From Bigelowiella natans CCMP2755 (lineage: Eukaryota; Protista; Cercozoa): DNA of 64,000 bases. The translations under genes were made by a program, and so were the position numbers. Of this stretch, positions 1-10,347 are shown piece by piece. The stretch spans positions 62,001-126,000 of the forward strand of contig ADNK01000550.1 in NCBI GenBank assembly GCA_000320545.1, given 5' to 3'. How positions within the stretch are numbered: position 1 is the stretch's first letter; each line of letters opens with the position of its first letter. The notes beneath the pieces are model-generated. The model made no database searches and had not been told where the DNA came from. It was given only the letters and a program-made list of their open reading frames with translations.

Positions 1-1
1 A

Positions 2-415
2 GGCAACATAGCTGAGGATGAGAAACACTTCAATGCTTACAGCTCCCACTATCAACTCATGCAGCTCTTGCCCGCAGTGTTGTTCGTTTTGTTGGCATCG
101 ATTTCCATGAGAAAATACGCCGAAGTTAAACCTTTCGCGTGTGATGTGTGCGAGAAGCACGCATGCCATCTTTGTCACAAGCGATTTTCTACACAGGAAA
201 TCTTTAAAAAACACATGAAGACTCACAATGAAGAAAAACATTGTGACAATCACCGATGCCCTCTTTGCCACAGACGCCTTTCTGTAAAAAGGATCTTCAA
301 CAAAACCATCAGAAAACATCCCGGAGAAAGCCCCCATGACAAATGTGCTCGTTGCAAGAAGCGCGGAGACAAGAGCTGTCCTTGCGGAGGGAAGACTTCA
401 ATTGCTATTTCTTGA
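2..415 (+). CDS. C2H2 zinc-finger protein, 5'-truncated
   Basis: Frame is open from base 2; fingers CHLCHKRF..FKKHMKTH and CPLCHRRL..IRKH. Confidence 0.7.
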   Translation, partial: GNIAEDEKHFNAYSSHYQLMQLLPAVLFVLLASISMRKYAEVKPFACDVCEKHACHLCHKRFSTQEIFKKHMKTHNEEKHCDNHRCPLCHRRLSVKRIFNKTIRKHPGESPHDKCARCKKRGDKSCPCGGKTSIAIS

Positions 416-436
416 AAACTTGCACAATAACACGCT

Positions 437-3031
437 TCAAATGTCCCTCCATATGTCACCATCAATGGCAAGGTCCTGCAAATGTTGCATCAATTTGCGA
501 TCTGCTGCATGCTGAAACATGAGTCTGCACAAACGGATCGAGTCAACCGTTTTGTAAGGATCTAAGATCTTTTCTTTCTTGAACAACACGTTCTGCTGCT
601 TTTTTTCGAATGCGGGGATGTCCATCTCGGCTACGTACTTGCGCATTTCACCGAATCCATTGATCCAGGTGTCCCATGTGTCAATGATGTTGTTGTATTT
701 GGTCACTATTTTTTGCATGAGCCGTCGCAACCTTGCATGGGAACTCTTAAACTCGTCCGAGTTGATTCCGACCTCTGATTTAAGGCGAAGTGTTTCCTCG
801 AGTAGAGATTCGCCCTTTGTGTTAAGTTGCGATCTGAGTTCTGAGAGCATGTAACTATTGCCAATGAGGCGCTTGCTTTTTGGCAGCGTGGAAATGTAGA
901 GATCAACCTGCAAAGTCCGATCAGCCTCTTTCAGCAAACCAAATTGGCACATTCGGTTAGCCCGGCCCAACAGTTGATGAAACCGAGATACATTGCGTGG
1001 GGGGTTCACCAAAACCATGCGGCGCACGGTGTAGAACTCCTCACCCTCTCCGAATATCGAAGAATCCGCAATAATTACCATGAGTCTCTCGCCAAATTGG
1101 TTAGTCGGGTCGTTAAATAGTGCCTTTTTTTGGTCAACCGTTGCCCCGTTCCATGTACCCACTCCCGTGACTTCAGGACGCAGCGTGTCTTCATCTTTTC
1201 CAATCATTGTTGATGTGATTCCGTGCTTTGTTAACATCTTTTCAATTCCGATAGCAACGCCTTTGAATCCTGCATGTCGGTCAACAAGAACCAAGGTCTT
1301 ACATCTATTTTTCACGATGGAATCTGCAATGGCTGCAACTTTGGCGTGAATCTGCATGTGCTGCGCTAAAGACTTGTCAAATACGTATTTGTCTTCGAAC
1401 ACAGTGTCGTAAGCCTTGATTGTTGACGTGATTGATTTTGAATAGTAATTAGAGTTGCAATGGAGGAGCATTCGGCTTTCATGCTCGGCGTGTTGTCTTG
1501 CGTTAGGACGGTTGTAAATAGTCGTGTGGGGGGCAACGTGCGCGAGTAGTTTTTTGTGGCTGTCATTCATAACATGCAGGTATTTTGTCATGTTCTCCCC
1601 CAACAACGGAACCTCTATCACCCGCACCGGTAAGACCCCCTCCAAAATTTGCCCCGGGTCATCAAGAGATGGTACGTTCGGAAACCTGTACGTAGTTGAC
1701 CCCAGAGTATTCATGAACATGGGTGATTGCTCGTTTGATGGGAAGAAGTAACTCACATAGCCCGCCCCGTTGGACTCGGCGTTCTTTGAGACTCCGATCA
1801 GGGTTTCCAAGGAACTTCGCAATTTCTCCTGCAGTGTCTGGTACACCCTTTTCGGGTCAATTACCAAACTCGACACTATTGGCTCATTCAATGCATCGAT
1901 TGTGTACGGAGTTGCTGTAGCGCCTACCACGATGGAGTTTCTGCATGTCCGTATGCGCACCTTTGCTACATGCAAAAACTGTTGTATGTCTTTTCTCAGA
2001 GCGCTCGGGTTGTCTAAATTGTGGAACTCATCCATGATGATGATTTTGTTCTGCAGTGGATTTTTGACATCGGTCGACGCCCAACCTACCTGTTCTTGCA
2101 TTTGACTCCATAGCAGGGCCTTGTCAGCGGATGGCGTGGCGAATGGATTGTATCGTATGATGGGGAGCGTGGTGAAAAAGGAGCTTCCAAGGTTGCTGTA
2201 GCTAAATGATCTCAAAGGCGACGACGGCCATTTGCGCATCGGTGTCAAAGCAAACACGCGTTTTGTCAAATCAGTGTACTTGTCTTCGGTCTTTTCCCAG
2301 TTGAAGTTTGGATTCTCAGCTTGATTCTCATCTGGATTGAGGAGGTTTCGAACACCATCCATTCCCTCGACGTTGTTTATGCGCATGCATCCCATGTCAA
2401 CACAGCGAGTTTTGTTTTGCTCTTTGATTGTGGCTTTGAGTATTTTGTGTCTCAAGCGAGCACGCGCGGCGATCTTGCAGATGTGCATAGTTCCAGTGCA
2501 GTTTATTATGGGGGTCAGCATCTGAAGTGTTTCTCTCCGTAGCTCGGTGTCATCTGCGCGTATTCGCGTCATTCCGTTGTTGGTTCGCCTCAAAATGGCC
2601 TTGCCAGCATCAGTTTCGTTCAATCGAGACACAATGAAATCCCGCCATCGCGTCGGGGAACGGAAAAGCTCGAGGTAGAAATTGTTTTGTAGGCCTCGCG
2701 TCGGAAATATTAGAATCTTGGGACGGACATCTTCAAAGAAAGCGGATGCTATGGATGCCATTGTCATGGTTTTACCGCTGCCTGTGCGATGGACCAACAG
2801 CATTTTCTTAGCATTTGCCTCTTCGAAAGCATAACGCACCATGTCTTGGTGTGGAAAAAGTGTGATTTTGTGTTCTGTTTCGGTCGTTTTTTTGCACGTA
2901 TAATTTTGATTAAACCATTTTTGCTTCGCAACAATGGGGTCTACGACGCCATAATCGTTCATCTGAGAAGAAATGCTAGTTGCTAGGCGCGCGGCTACTG
3001 CACTTTTGTAGCCCGATTCGCCTTGTATCAT
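437..3031 (-). CDS. SF2 helicase, D6/D11 (VETF-s/NPH-I)-like
   Basis: Q-motif LFPHQ, Walker A HRTGSGKT, DEFH, ATAT, motif VI QLLGRANRMC. Confidence 0.85.
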   Translation of the reverse strand: MIQGESGYKSAVAARLATSISSQMNDYGVVDPIVAKQKWFNQNYTCKKTTETEHKITLFPHQDMVRYAFEEANAKKMLLVHRTGSGKTMTMASIASAFFEDVRPKILIFPTRGLQNNFYLELFRSPTRWRDFIVSRLNETDAGKAILRRTNNGMTRIRADDTELRRETLQMLTPIINCTGTMHICKIAARARLRHKILKATIKEQNKTRCVDMGCMRINNVEGMDGVRNLLNPDENQAENPNFNWEKTEDKYTDLTKRVFALTPMRKWPSSPLRSFSYSNLGSSFFTTLPIIRYNPFATPSADKALLWSQMQEQVGWASTDVKNPLQNKIIIMDEFHNLDNPSALRKDIQQFLHVAKVRIRTCRNSIVVGATATPYTIDALNEPIVSSLVIDPKRVYQTLQEKLRSSLETLIGVSKNAESNGAGYVSYFFPSNEQSPMFMNTLGSTTYRFPNVPSLDDPGQILEGVLPVRVIEVPLLGENMTKYLHVMNDSHKKLLAHVAPHTTIYNRPNARQHAEHESRMLLHCNSNYYSKSITSTIKAYDTVFEDKYVFDKSLAQHMQIHAKVAAIADSIVKNRCKTLVLVDRHAGFKGVAIGIEKMLTKHGITSTMIGKDEDTLRPEVTGVGTWNGATVDQKKALFNDPTNQFGERLMVIIADSSIFGEGEEFYTVRRMVLVNPPRNVSRFHQLLGRANRMCQFGLLKEADRTLQVDLYISTLPKSKRLIGNSYMLSELRSQLNTKGESLLEETLRLKSEVGINSDEFKSSHARLRRLMQKIVTKYNNIIDTWDTWINGFGEMRKYVAEMDIPAFEKKQQNVLFKKEKILDPYKTVDSIRLCRLMFQHAADRKLMQHLQDLAIDGDIWRDI

Positions 3032-3142
3032 TTTGTTTTTTGTAGCGGTTGATTTGCTATTTGCGCGCCCATCATGCAAAGCTTGAGCATCACATGCACA
3101 GATTTTTTCCCAAGTGTTATTGATGTGAATTTGACATGTTGA

Positions 3143-3889
3143 TCAAATGCGCACACCACTGATTTTGGTGCTCAAAATGTCTGTGTCGACTTTGTCATCG
3201 TTGTCGTTCGTTGCAGGCAAAGCTGTTCTCCGCAAGATGTTTCTTGAAATACCCAATTGTTTCAACATCCGGTCGATGTAGTTGCACATTGATCCTTTGA
3301 TGAGGTAGAAGTCGCCCTGGAACGACAACAGCAAAGGCATGGCCGAAAGTTTAAGGAGATCGGGCGTTCGAAGGAAGGGTAGTTCACGGTCAGCAAATTT
3401 CTGACAGTCGTTTTCGTGCTCCCTGAATTTATCAATTGATTTGGTCACTGCTGCAATCAACACGTTGAATCGATTTTGGAATTTGCATTCAACATTGGTC
3501 AGTGTGATCAAGGTTTTTATGTGCAACTTGATCTTCGATTCACCCATGTGTTGTACAACGTCCTTCAGTTTGACAAAATCAAGACACTCCGGCAAACATC
3601 TGTCGATGTTCAGGAAAGTAACCCACCAACTGTTTTCCAATTTGATGTAATCCGTAGTTTTTTGGTACATGAACTTGTACCATATTTTGTACATCTCTCT
3701 TACACAGTTGTTTGCTCTTTTTTCGTATTCTTTGAAGTCCATTCGCATTCTCTTGTACCACCGAGATGACAGCAATGTGAACAGTAGATCATCACCTAAA
3801 ACCCTGTTCCAATCCTTGCAAACAGCACGTAAGACCGGCAAAGAGTGACTGTACGAGAAAACATTCTCAAGCAAAGGGGGTGGAATCAT
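3143..3889 (-). CDS. F-box protein
   Basis: N-terminal IPPPLLENVFSY...LRAVCKDWNRV fits the F-box consensus. Confidence 0.7.
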   Translation of the reverse strand: MIPPPLLENVFSYSHSLPVLRAVCKDWNRVLGDDLLFTLLSSRWYKRMRMDFKEYEKRANNCVREMYKIWYKFMYQKTTDYIKLENSWWVTFLNIDRCLPECLDFVKLKDVVQHMGESKIKLHIKTLITLTNVECKFQNRFNVLIAAVTKSIDKFREHENDCQKFADRELPFLRTPDLLKLSAMPLLLSFQGDFYLIKGSMCNYIDRMLKQLGISRNILRRTALPATNDNDDKVDTDILSTKISGVRI

Positions 3890-4010
3890 GGATGCAAGAG
3901 CCACGTGCACTTGAGAAGTGTCTAGAACTTTTGGCGGGTGATTTTAGCCATTTGAAGATGTTGCCACACCACGCACGTTGTTTTAGCGACAAACGCAGGG
4001 CGTTTGTCAA

Positions 4011-4213
4011 ATTCTGTGTAGAGTCTGCGGTGCCGTGGAGTTCTGTGGTGATTTGGAGATTTTCTGGAGATTTAAATTTTTTTAGGCAATTCGTCACAGA
4101 AACCATCCAATGGCACCCTACCCAGTCAAATTGTTGGAAGTTCTGCAGAATTCTGCAAAAGGTCTGCGGAGCCGTGGAGTTCTGTGGTGATTTGGAGATT
4201 TTCTGGAGATTTA
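4011..4213. repeat. Two copies (4011-4073, 4150-4213) of a ~63-bp dispersed element
   Basis: GTCTGCGGWGCCGTGGAGTTCTGTGGTGATTTGGAGATTTTCTGGAGATTT; third copy at 15993-16055. Confidence 0.95.
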
Positions 4214-4235
4214 CATTGAAACTTCACAATTCTTT

Positions 4236-5363
4236 TCATTGGCTTTTGATGCTGCTGCACATGTCATGCCTGACTGCAACATTTTGCTTTGATGCCGCCA
4301 ATTTGGAACAATGAAGGCGAGCTTTGTGCGCAAGTTGATGCCACTTCAAAACCACACCCTGCAATATGGTTGTGACACGGCGTTCCATGATGCGGCAAAA
4401 CACTAAGTAATCGTCGACCGCTGTTGCAGGGTCACTTTTAGACTGCTTTAGGTAGGCCTCCTTGATGACAGCCGACATTTCCTGCTCAACTCCACTTGAA
4501 ATGGCGTCAGGCGAATCTCCAAAGACGTCGTACGTGTCAGTCTTCCACAGTTGACTCAAACGACGCAAGCATTTGAGTAGCACGAGACAAATGGTCAGGA
4601 ACGTTCCCAAATGACCATTTTTAGGCATCCATTCGGTGTCATTAGAAAAAGAGTCTTCATCGGCCTTTTTGAAACAGTCTACCAACTTCATTATGGGATT
4701 CTGAATTGTGTTCAGATGTCTGTTGGTCAGTGGTTTCGAACTGATCTGCGTGATCACATCTGCATAACCATTCTTGTAACATTCTTGCATGATGTCGTTG
4801 TGTTCCAGTAGATTCATGCAATTTTTGTCCATGTCACTGTTTTCTCCATGCGCTTTGCCAATGAAAAACAATGCGAGTCTTTGCATTGTGTTCAAACCAC
4901 TTAGCTGCATTTGTTTCCGCTCCAATGCATCATTCATAGACTTGCACACAGCTTTGAATTTTTGCAGAAGGCTTTTTTGAAGTTGTTTGAGTTGTTCTTG
5001 GTCAAGTTCACCCACGCGGTATTCCACTATTTCTCTTCTTTTCTCTAGACTGAGCTTGTCATTGTACGCAGCCTTTTCTTCAAAAAGCATTCTTTGTGAC
5101 TCTTCAGCTTCCACAATGGCTTGAATCATGTAGTCATCCAGCTTCTGATTTGGGTCATTCACATCACAGTCAAAATCCAAGAATTTTGTCGCGAATTCCT
5201 CCACTGCAATCTCGCAGACACTTTTTGGTGTCTCGGGTTGTGTTTCTGGGACTTCGGTCTTCGTCTTGACAGCTTTTGGTGTTTCGACTGTCTCATTTGT
5301 ACCAGTTGTAGTGGGGTTTGTCTCCGTAATTTTGGTTTCGCCAATCTGCTGATCCGAACTCAT
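4236..5363 (-). CDS. Hypothetical helical/coiled-coil protein
   Basis: 375-aa ORF, T/E/P-rich N-terminus then heptad-rich helices. Confidence 0.75.
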   Translation of the reverse strand: MSSDQQIGETKITETNPTTTGTNETVETPKAVKTKTEVPETQPETPKSVCEIAVEEFATKFLDFDCDVNDPNQKLDDYMIQAIVEAEESQRMLFEEKAAYNDKLSLEKRREIVEYRVGELDQEQLKQLQKSLLQKFKAVCKSMNDALERKQMQLSGLNTMQRLALFFIGKAHGENSDMDKNCMNLLEHNDIMQECYKNGYADVITQISSKPLTNRHLNTIQNPIMKLVDCFKKADEDSFSNDTEWMPKNGHLGTFLTICLVLLKCLRRLSQLWKTDTYDVFGDSPDAISSGVEQEMSAVIKEAYLKQSKSDPATAVDDYLVFCRIMERRVTTILQGVVLKWHQLAHKARLHCSKLAASKQNVAVRHDMCSSIKSQ

Positions 5364-5868
5364 GTTTATCGATTGGTCTCAATTTCTTCCTCAGTGTTTT
5401 TTTGATAGTAAAAGGTTGTCGTTGCAACGAAGTGTCAGGAACCAAATTGCGTTTTGCAATGTAAGCATTTTCCTTTCCTACATTAGGAGCATCTGGGTTT
5501 GGTGACAGAAAATTTTTGTTTGTAAATATTCCGTTCCATTGCTCGTTGTTGAGGTACTTGTGAAACACACGAAGACCCTGTGAATAGCGCAATGTGTTCT
5601 GTTCAACAGCTCTTTGCGAAGCCGCTTTATCCCGCGTAGTTAGCATGTTCCATTCGTCATGGGGTACACTCCATGCATCATATCTACGTTTTTGCAAACC
5701 ATATGAGGCGATTGGCCGATTCGCCATTGCGGGATCATAATGCAATCTAGACGCGTACACATGTGGATTGGAGAGCACGCGTACGTTGGGATCGCCTACC
5801 AAAATCCCATTTTGATTGGACGGACAGCTTGCAAAATTTGGGGGTTGGGTTGTTTGTGAATTGCCCAT
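5293..5868 (-). CDS. Hypothetical protein with N-myristoylation signal
   Basis: First ATG gives MGNSQT (G2, T6); 3' end overlaps the next gene by ~70 bp. Confidence 0.65.
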   Translation of the reverse strand: MGNSQTTQPPNFASCPSNQNGILVGDPNVRVLSNPHVYASRLHYDPAMANRPIASYGLQKRRYDAWSVPHDEWNMLTTRDKAASQRAVEQNTLRYSQGLRVFHKYLNNEQWNGIFTNKNFLSPNPDAPNVGKENAYIAKRNLVPDTSLQRQPFTIKKTLRKKLRPIDKHEFGSADWRNQNYGDKPHYNWYK

Positions 5869-6015
5869 TGATGTTAGGCTTTTGTTTCGTCTCAGATTCG
5901 GCAATGGCTTCAATTTGTTCTTGACACAGATTCATTTTTTTTTTGGTGCAAAAATCAAGAAGCAGGCAATTTCCGATCGAACATTGATCAAAAAACACAA
6001 ATCGAACAGTAGCAC

Positions 6016-6426
6016 ATGACATGTTTCTGGGACGGAATGCTAGCCTCGCTAACCGGCGATGACAGGCAAAGGCTTGGCATGAATCCTTCAAGGCGAGGAA
6101 CGGTGCAGCAACTGATACAATGCCTCAAACATGCAAACTGTGAGACCAAAGCAATGCAATGGCAAGGTGTCATGCTGCGAAGCCAAGAACTTAAGCAGAA
6201 TGTGGAGCACGTAAACGCATACGATGCGCGCACCGCAAGTCAGGGATACCTCTGTTCAACATGTGATCCATTTTTAGCTTTGCTGAGTTACTTGATTAAA
6301 AAGAAAATCAGGCTCAACTACTGTGGCCACATGGTCGATTTTGCTCCATGCGATGCAACAAACGCCACGAAAACGTATTGCTACAAATGCAACAGAGGAC
6401 ATTTTTGGTTTGAAGGAAAAAGATGA
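6016..6426 (+). CDS. Minimal OTU-like cysteine protease (putative)
   Basis: MTCFWDG helix start, DPFLALLSYL helix, C-terminal RGHF. Confidence 0.5.
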   Translation: MTCFWDGMLASLTGDDRQRLGMNPSRRGTVQQLIQCLKHANCETKAMQWQGVMLRSQELKQNVEHVNAYDARTASQGYLCSTCDPFLALLSYLIKKKIRLNYCGHMVDFAPCDATNATKTYCYKCNRGHFWFEGKR

Positions 6427-6460
6427 TGTGATTTTGTGCGTTTTCACTGTTTTCCGAAGC

Positions 6461-7201
6461 TCATCGATTCGGTGAATCTGAGAAATCTGATGTAAAACTT
6501 GGTTCAGGGTAATAAGTGGGGCGGTAAACAGGTGATGTTGGTGTGAACCAAGGTGTAGCCGGTGTAGCTGGTGCATGATTTTTTGATGAGGGGTAATTGG
6601 CTGGGTTGTCGCAACACTGCGCAAAATTTCCCTCGCATGGGCAATGTTCTCTGTGCTTTACTAACCAAGAAGGTGAATTTGGTGAATCTGATTTGGGCAA
6701 ATCGAAGACAACATTCTTGCTATCCGAGTCGATTTTTCGTTTTGCGCGTTTTGCTAACAATGTGTTTTTAGCTAATTCACGTTTGCGTTTGTTAACTCCA
6801 TGATGCCCGATGTCACTAAGCCTTCGCCGTTTGGTCAAAGGACACAGGGTGTAATTTAACTTTGCGAACAAATCCAATTCAGGAGGCAACACGCCAATTG
6901 TTTCGTCAAAAGCGTCACTTTTGTCTATGCGTTTTCCAAAATAATAGTTCATGCCGTTGTACTTTGATGCGTTTAGCACAAAACCATCATGAGCTCCATG
7001 CTCATGTGCGAGTAGTCTGCACAACTTGAGATCATTTTCCTGGGTTTTGAACAATTCTGGATTGTTTTCTAGCACTTGTTCAGCACATTCCGCAAGTTTT
7101 TCCTCAGAGTATTTTTGCAAGTGCTCGTTTTCCATGTCGGCCTCGTCAAAATCAATTGTCGACATCGTGCAATTAGCTATGATGCGCGCTCGTTTTTTCA
7201 T
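6461..7201 (-). CDS. Hypothetical protein, paralog of 14968-15483
   Basis: Shared block ECAEQVLENNPELFKTQENDLKLCRLLAHEH. Confidence 0.7.
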   Translation of the reverse strand: MKKRARIIANCTMSTIDFDEADMENEHLQKYSEEKLAECAEQVLENNPELFKTQENDLKLCRLLAHEHGAHDGFVLNASKYNGMNYYFGKRIDKSDAFDETIGVLPPELDLFAKLNYTLCPLTKRRRLSDIGHHGVNKRKRELAKNTLLAKRAKRKIDSDSKNVVFDLPKSDSPNSPSWLVKHREHCPCEGNFAQCCDNPANYPSSKNHAPATPATPWFTPTSPVYRPTYYPEPSFTSDFSDSPNR

Positions 7202-7377
7202 CGGGTTTGACTTGTTTGTTTTTGGAGTTTTTTCGTGTGAGGAGCTGCTTGGTCACCTAAAGAAATGCGCCATGGCGCACACACAAAATTTTTTTCTAAC
7301 GTCTGTCTGAAAGTTTTGTGTTGTTGCACATCATCACACACTGAGACAACAAAGACAAAAAATCTCCCAACACAAAA

Positions 7378-7533
7378 ATGAAAAAAGCCCCAACCAAACG
7401 AACAGTTCGCTGTAGTCCGATTAACAGTAGAAAAATGGTTAATGGCATAAAGTACACATGTAAAAGAACTAATGGATACGGCAAATACCCATCCTGGAAA
7501 AACATGAAGAATGGAGTACGCTTGAGGCGATGA
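7378..7533 (+). CDS. Small basic protein (51 aa, absent from the ORF track)
   Basis: MKKAPTKRTVRCSPINSRKMVNGIKYTCKRTNGYGKYPSWKNMKNGVRLRR; fills a gap and has an upstream T-tract (~7288). Confidence 0.5.
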   Translation: MKKAPTKRTVRCSPINSRKMVNGIKYTCKRTNGYGKYPSWKNMKNGVRLRR

Positions 7534-7546
7534 AACCTTTTAACTA

Positions 7547-8188
7547 TTAGTAGACCATCTCATTCATTGCTGCGCGTCTGCGCTTTACTCGATCCGCAAC
7601 GCTCTCTTGTGGAACATCACCGTTTTTTTGCTTCATTGGAAGGCCTAAATCACACAAATTCCAATCGAGTGCTGTGAGCACGTCAATCTGAAGAATGTCG
7701 TAACATTTAGAACAGTATGTCGGGTTCAATTGTCGGTGACACAATTCGTTTGTCTCGTCAAGTGTTTCGCCGTAATAATCGTACCCAGTGTGATTTCTAG
7801 CGATGATTGACACAAGGTTGTCAATCACGTCGATCGGTCTATCGTTGTAATGTTTGTCAACTAGATTTTGTAAAGCCTTGCCGTATTTCGTGAGAATTGT
7901 TTTCACTTGCCAGTAAAAGCCACTGCTCACATTGGCAAGAAGTTTTTTGGAGATCATGCAGCTTGGTATTTGCATCATCACTTTGTCGACCACAATGTTG
8001 ATCTTAGACTCCTGCAAAAAGTGCTCGATCCTCAAAGAAGGCGTTGCTGGTGTGTTTTTCTTGCACGAGCAAATAGAACGCTGTTTTGACGTAACATCCG
8101 ACATTATGTGTCGAAACTGCCCAAAAATAAAATGTTTAGACATTTGTGTGTGAAAAAAAACATTAGGCCGAACAAACGTAACACACAT
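7547..8188 (-). CDS. Hypothetical protein
   Basis: 213-aa ORF; true start probably a downstream Met. Confidence 0.6.
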   Translation of the reverse strand: MCVTFVRPNVFFHTQMSKHFIFGQFRHIMSDVTSKQRSICSCKKNTPATPSLRIEHFLQESKINIVVDKVMMQIPSCMISKKLLANVSSGFYWQVKTILTKYGKALQNLVDKHYNDRPIDVIDNLVSIIARNHTGYDYYGETLDETNELCHRQLNPTYCSKCYDILQIDVLTALDWNLCDLGLPMKQKNGDVPQESVADRVKRRRAAMNEMVY

Positions 8189-8220
8189 CTAGTGCAAATA
8201 CCCACATTGCCCAACGCAAA

Positions 8221-8607
8221 ATGCTCTTCTTTGAGATACCATCGGCGTCTCAATGCAAAAACTTCTACTTCATGGCCACAGCCGCATTGATTGCCATTGA
8301 AGTAATTTTGAACTTGGTTTTCTTTGGACCCGCGTACACATTTCTCGTGGTCATGGGATATGGATTGATGATAGGCATTTTTGGAATTCTCGCATTCCTA
8401 GTTAACTACATTCTTTCTGACCTGCTGTGTGAATATCCCGCATGGAGAATAATTCAATTGGTATTTTTTTGGTTGGGGGTGGTGCATCGTGTGTCTAGCG
8501 TGCTGTATGAATATTTTGAGACCCCCGCACACACCAAAGCAAAACAAGAAGCTGCGACAGAAAAAAAAAACATAAAAGCTAAGGCAAAAGCCAAGGCTGC
8601 AAAATGA
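8221..8607 (+). CDS. Small multi-pass membrane protein
   Basis: About three hydrophobic segments and a K/A-rich tail. Confidence 0.6.
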   Translation: MLFFEIPSASQCKNFYFMATAALIAIEVILNLVFFGPAYTFLVVMGYGLMIGIFGILAFLVNYILSDLLCEYPAWRIIQLVFFWLGVVHRVSSVLYEYFETPAHTKAKQEAATEKKNIKAKAKAKAAK

Positions 8608-8786
8608 ACAAATCCACAAGTAAATGTGAACGTTTGCATGAGTGGCACAAGCTTAGCAATGCAACAAATCGTTGCAATAATCAAAATAACAAAGGAAATT
8701 TGAGTCTCGTGTACAAACGCAACAAGAACACCGGAAAAATCAGCAAAGTTCATGTTAGGTGTCCTAAATGATGGCGCATTGTTGCA

Positions 8787-9602
8787 TCACATTGTAGCTT
8801 CACGCAATAACTTTGTCATGTCTACTGTTGGTTCTTGCACTTTGTTGCCCTGTTCAACCTCAATGTGATCGGTAGGAGGCAGTTCTGAGTCATCTATGAC
8901 TGAGAGAGTGCGTCTAATCTTGCGTCTCTTAGCGTTACCTTGACCACTTGAATTTGTAGCCGCAGAACGACGTGTTTTTCGTGTGACTGGTCTTCGTATC
9001 TTCACGTTATCTTTTCGGTTTTCCATGATGTGATTGGTCATGAGCCCAGATATTTTAGCGGCGTCGATGTTTCCGTTGACATTGTCTCTGCAAAACTCAT
9101 ACAGATGAGTTTCCAAAAACTCTTTAGTGATCATGGAATTACGAAACTTGTCTACTAACACTATCTCCATGCCTTTCACAGTCAACTTTTCATTTTTGTT
9201 TTTGTCCATCATCTCATGCAAACAGGACAAGGCCTCCTTGTACATCTTGTTCAGAGTAGACTGTTCTTTCTGCATCTTTGTTCGACGTTTGTGCAAAGCT
9301 ATTGCCATTTGACAGAGAGTTTTTTCGGACATGTTGTCCAAAATGTCCACAAAACCATGCAAATTCTTCACTCTTCCGTTGAGATCAAAGCCGTCTTTGT
9401 CCTTTGCATCTGCGTCAAGATCACCCGATTGCACTGTTTTGGGCAGAAACAAGTCTTTCAGTGCAATGATTGCATCAGATTCGAAGTCAGGATCGTCCAA
9501 CGCGGTGTCAAACACTCGACTCAAAACATTTGCAAAATCAATTACTTTTTTTGATTTTCTTGGTTTTTTTTGGGTCGTTGTTGGGACTGTAGATTCCGGC
9601 AT
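8787..9602 (-). CDS. Conserved NCLDV coiled-coil protein (DUF5760-like)
   Basis: Coiled coil followed by LHEMMDKNKNEKLTVKG...ITKEFLETHLYEF...HIMENR; family recalled from pattern only. Confidence 0.5.
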   Translation of the reverse strand: MPESTVPTTTQKKPRKSKKVIDFANVLSRVFDTALDDPDFESDAIIALKDLFLPKTVQSGDLDADAKDKDGFDLNGRVKNLHGFVDILDNMSEKTLCQMAIALHKRRTKMQKEQSTLNKMYKEALSCLHEMMDKNKNEKLTVKGMEIVLVDKFRNSMITKEFLETHLYEFCRDNVNGNIDAAKISGLMTNHIMENRKDNVKIRRPVTRKTRRSAATNSSGQGNAKRRKIRRTLSVIDDSELPPTDHIEVEQGNKVQEPTVDMTKLLREATM

Positions 9603-9738
9603 GTGGAAGACAGAGTGTGTGTGTAAGCGTGCAAAACGAAATTATAGGTTGTTTGTAGACAAAAGTTGTGCCACAATGCTCTGTTTCATGGTGACAAAAA
9701 TATTTTTTTTCAGTACATTTATTGATATTTGTGCTTGG

Positions 9739-10221
9739 TTAATCACCATCAAAACTGTCTCCATAATGCCACAACAACTCTTTGCCTTTTCTCACCTGTG
9801 TCAACACTCTTAATTGCGCGCGAGGTCTGCCCCTGTAATATCTTGCTGTCACATAACAATTTGCTTTGTACCTACCTCTGGCTTCGTTCGCATAATACCC
9901 TAATTTTCTGACATCTGTGGGGCGAGTTTTGATGAAGAATTGCTTACCATCGTGCATTTCAAAAGTGTTTCTGTTGTTGTGTTTAGAATCATCAGTCACT
10001 TCCTCTTCAAATTCGAAGCCAGTTAATGTTTCCCCTTGTTCATCCTCATCCGTTTTCAAATTTACAAGAGAAAACAAACCAAGCATGTTAGTGTCTCTTA
10101 TGTTGCTTCTTTTGACTTCTACAAATTGTCCTCTTAAACCAATCAAAGTGTCCTCATCTGGATTGGAATCCTCGCTTGAACTACTGTCTTGTGTCAAATC
10201 AATCACTGTCTTTGTTTGCAT
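9739..10221 (-). CDS. SET-domain methyltransferase (vSET-like)
   Basis: VEVKRSNI..LGLF, YANE...ANC, VRKGKELLWHYG. Confidence 0.8.
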   Translation of the reverse strand: MQTKTVIDLTQDSSSSEDSNPDEDTLIGLRGQFVEVKRSNIRDTNMLGLFSLVNLKTDEDEQGETLTGFEFEEEVTDDSKHNNRNTFEMHDGKQFFIKTRPTDVRKLGYYANEARGRYKANCYVTARYYRGRPRAQLRVLTQVRKGKELLWHYGDSFDGD

Positions 10222-10347
10222 TTTGCCCAACTTGATTGTTCAACTGAAGCTTGTTCGTTTTATTGCCATTGTACATGTTTGAATAATAAATTAAATGTGA
10301 TGTGCGTACAAACATATTTTTTTGTGTTTATTATCAACAACATATCA

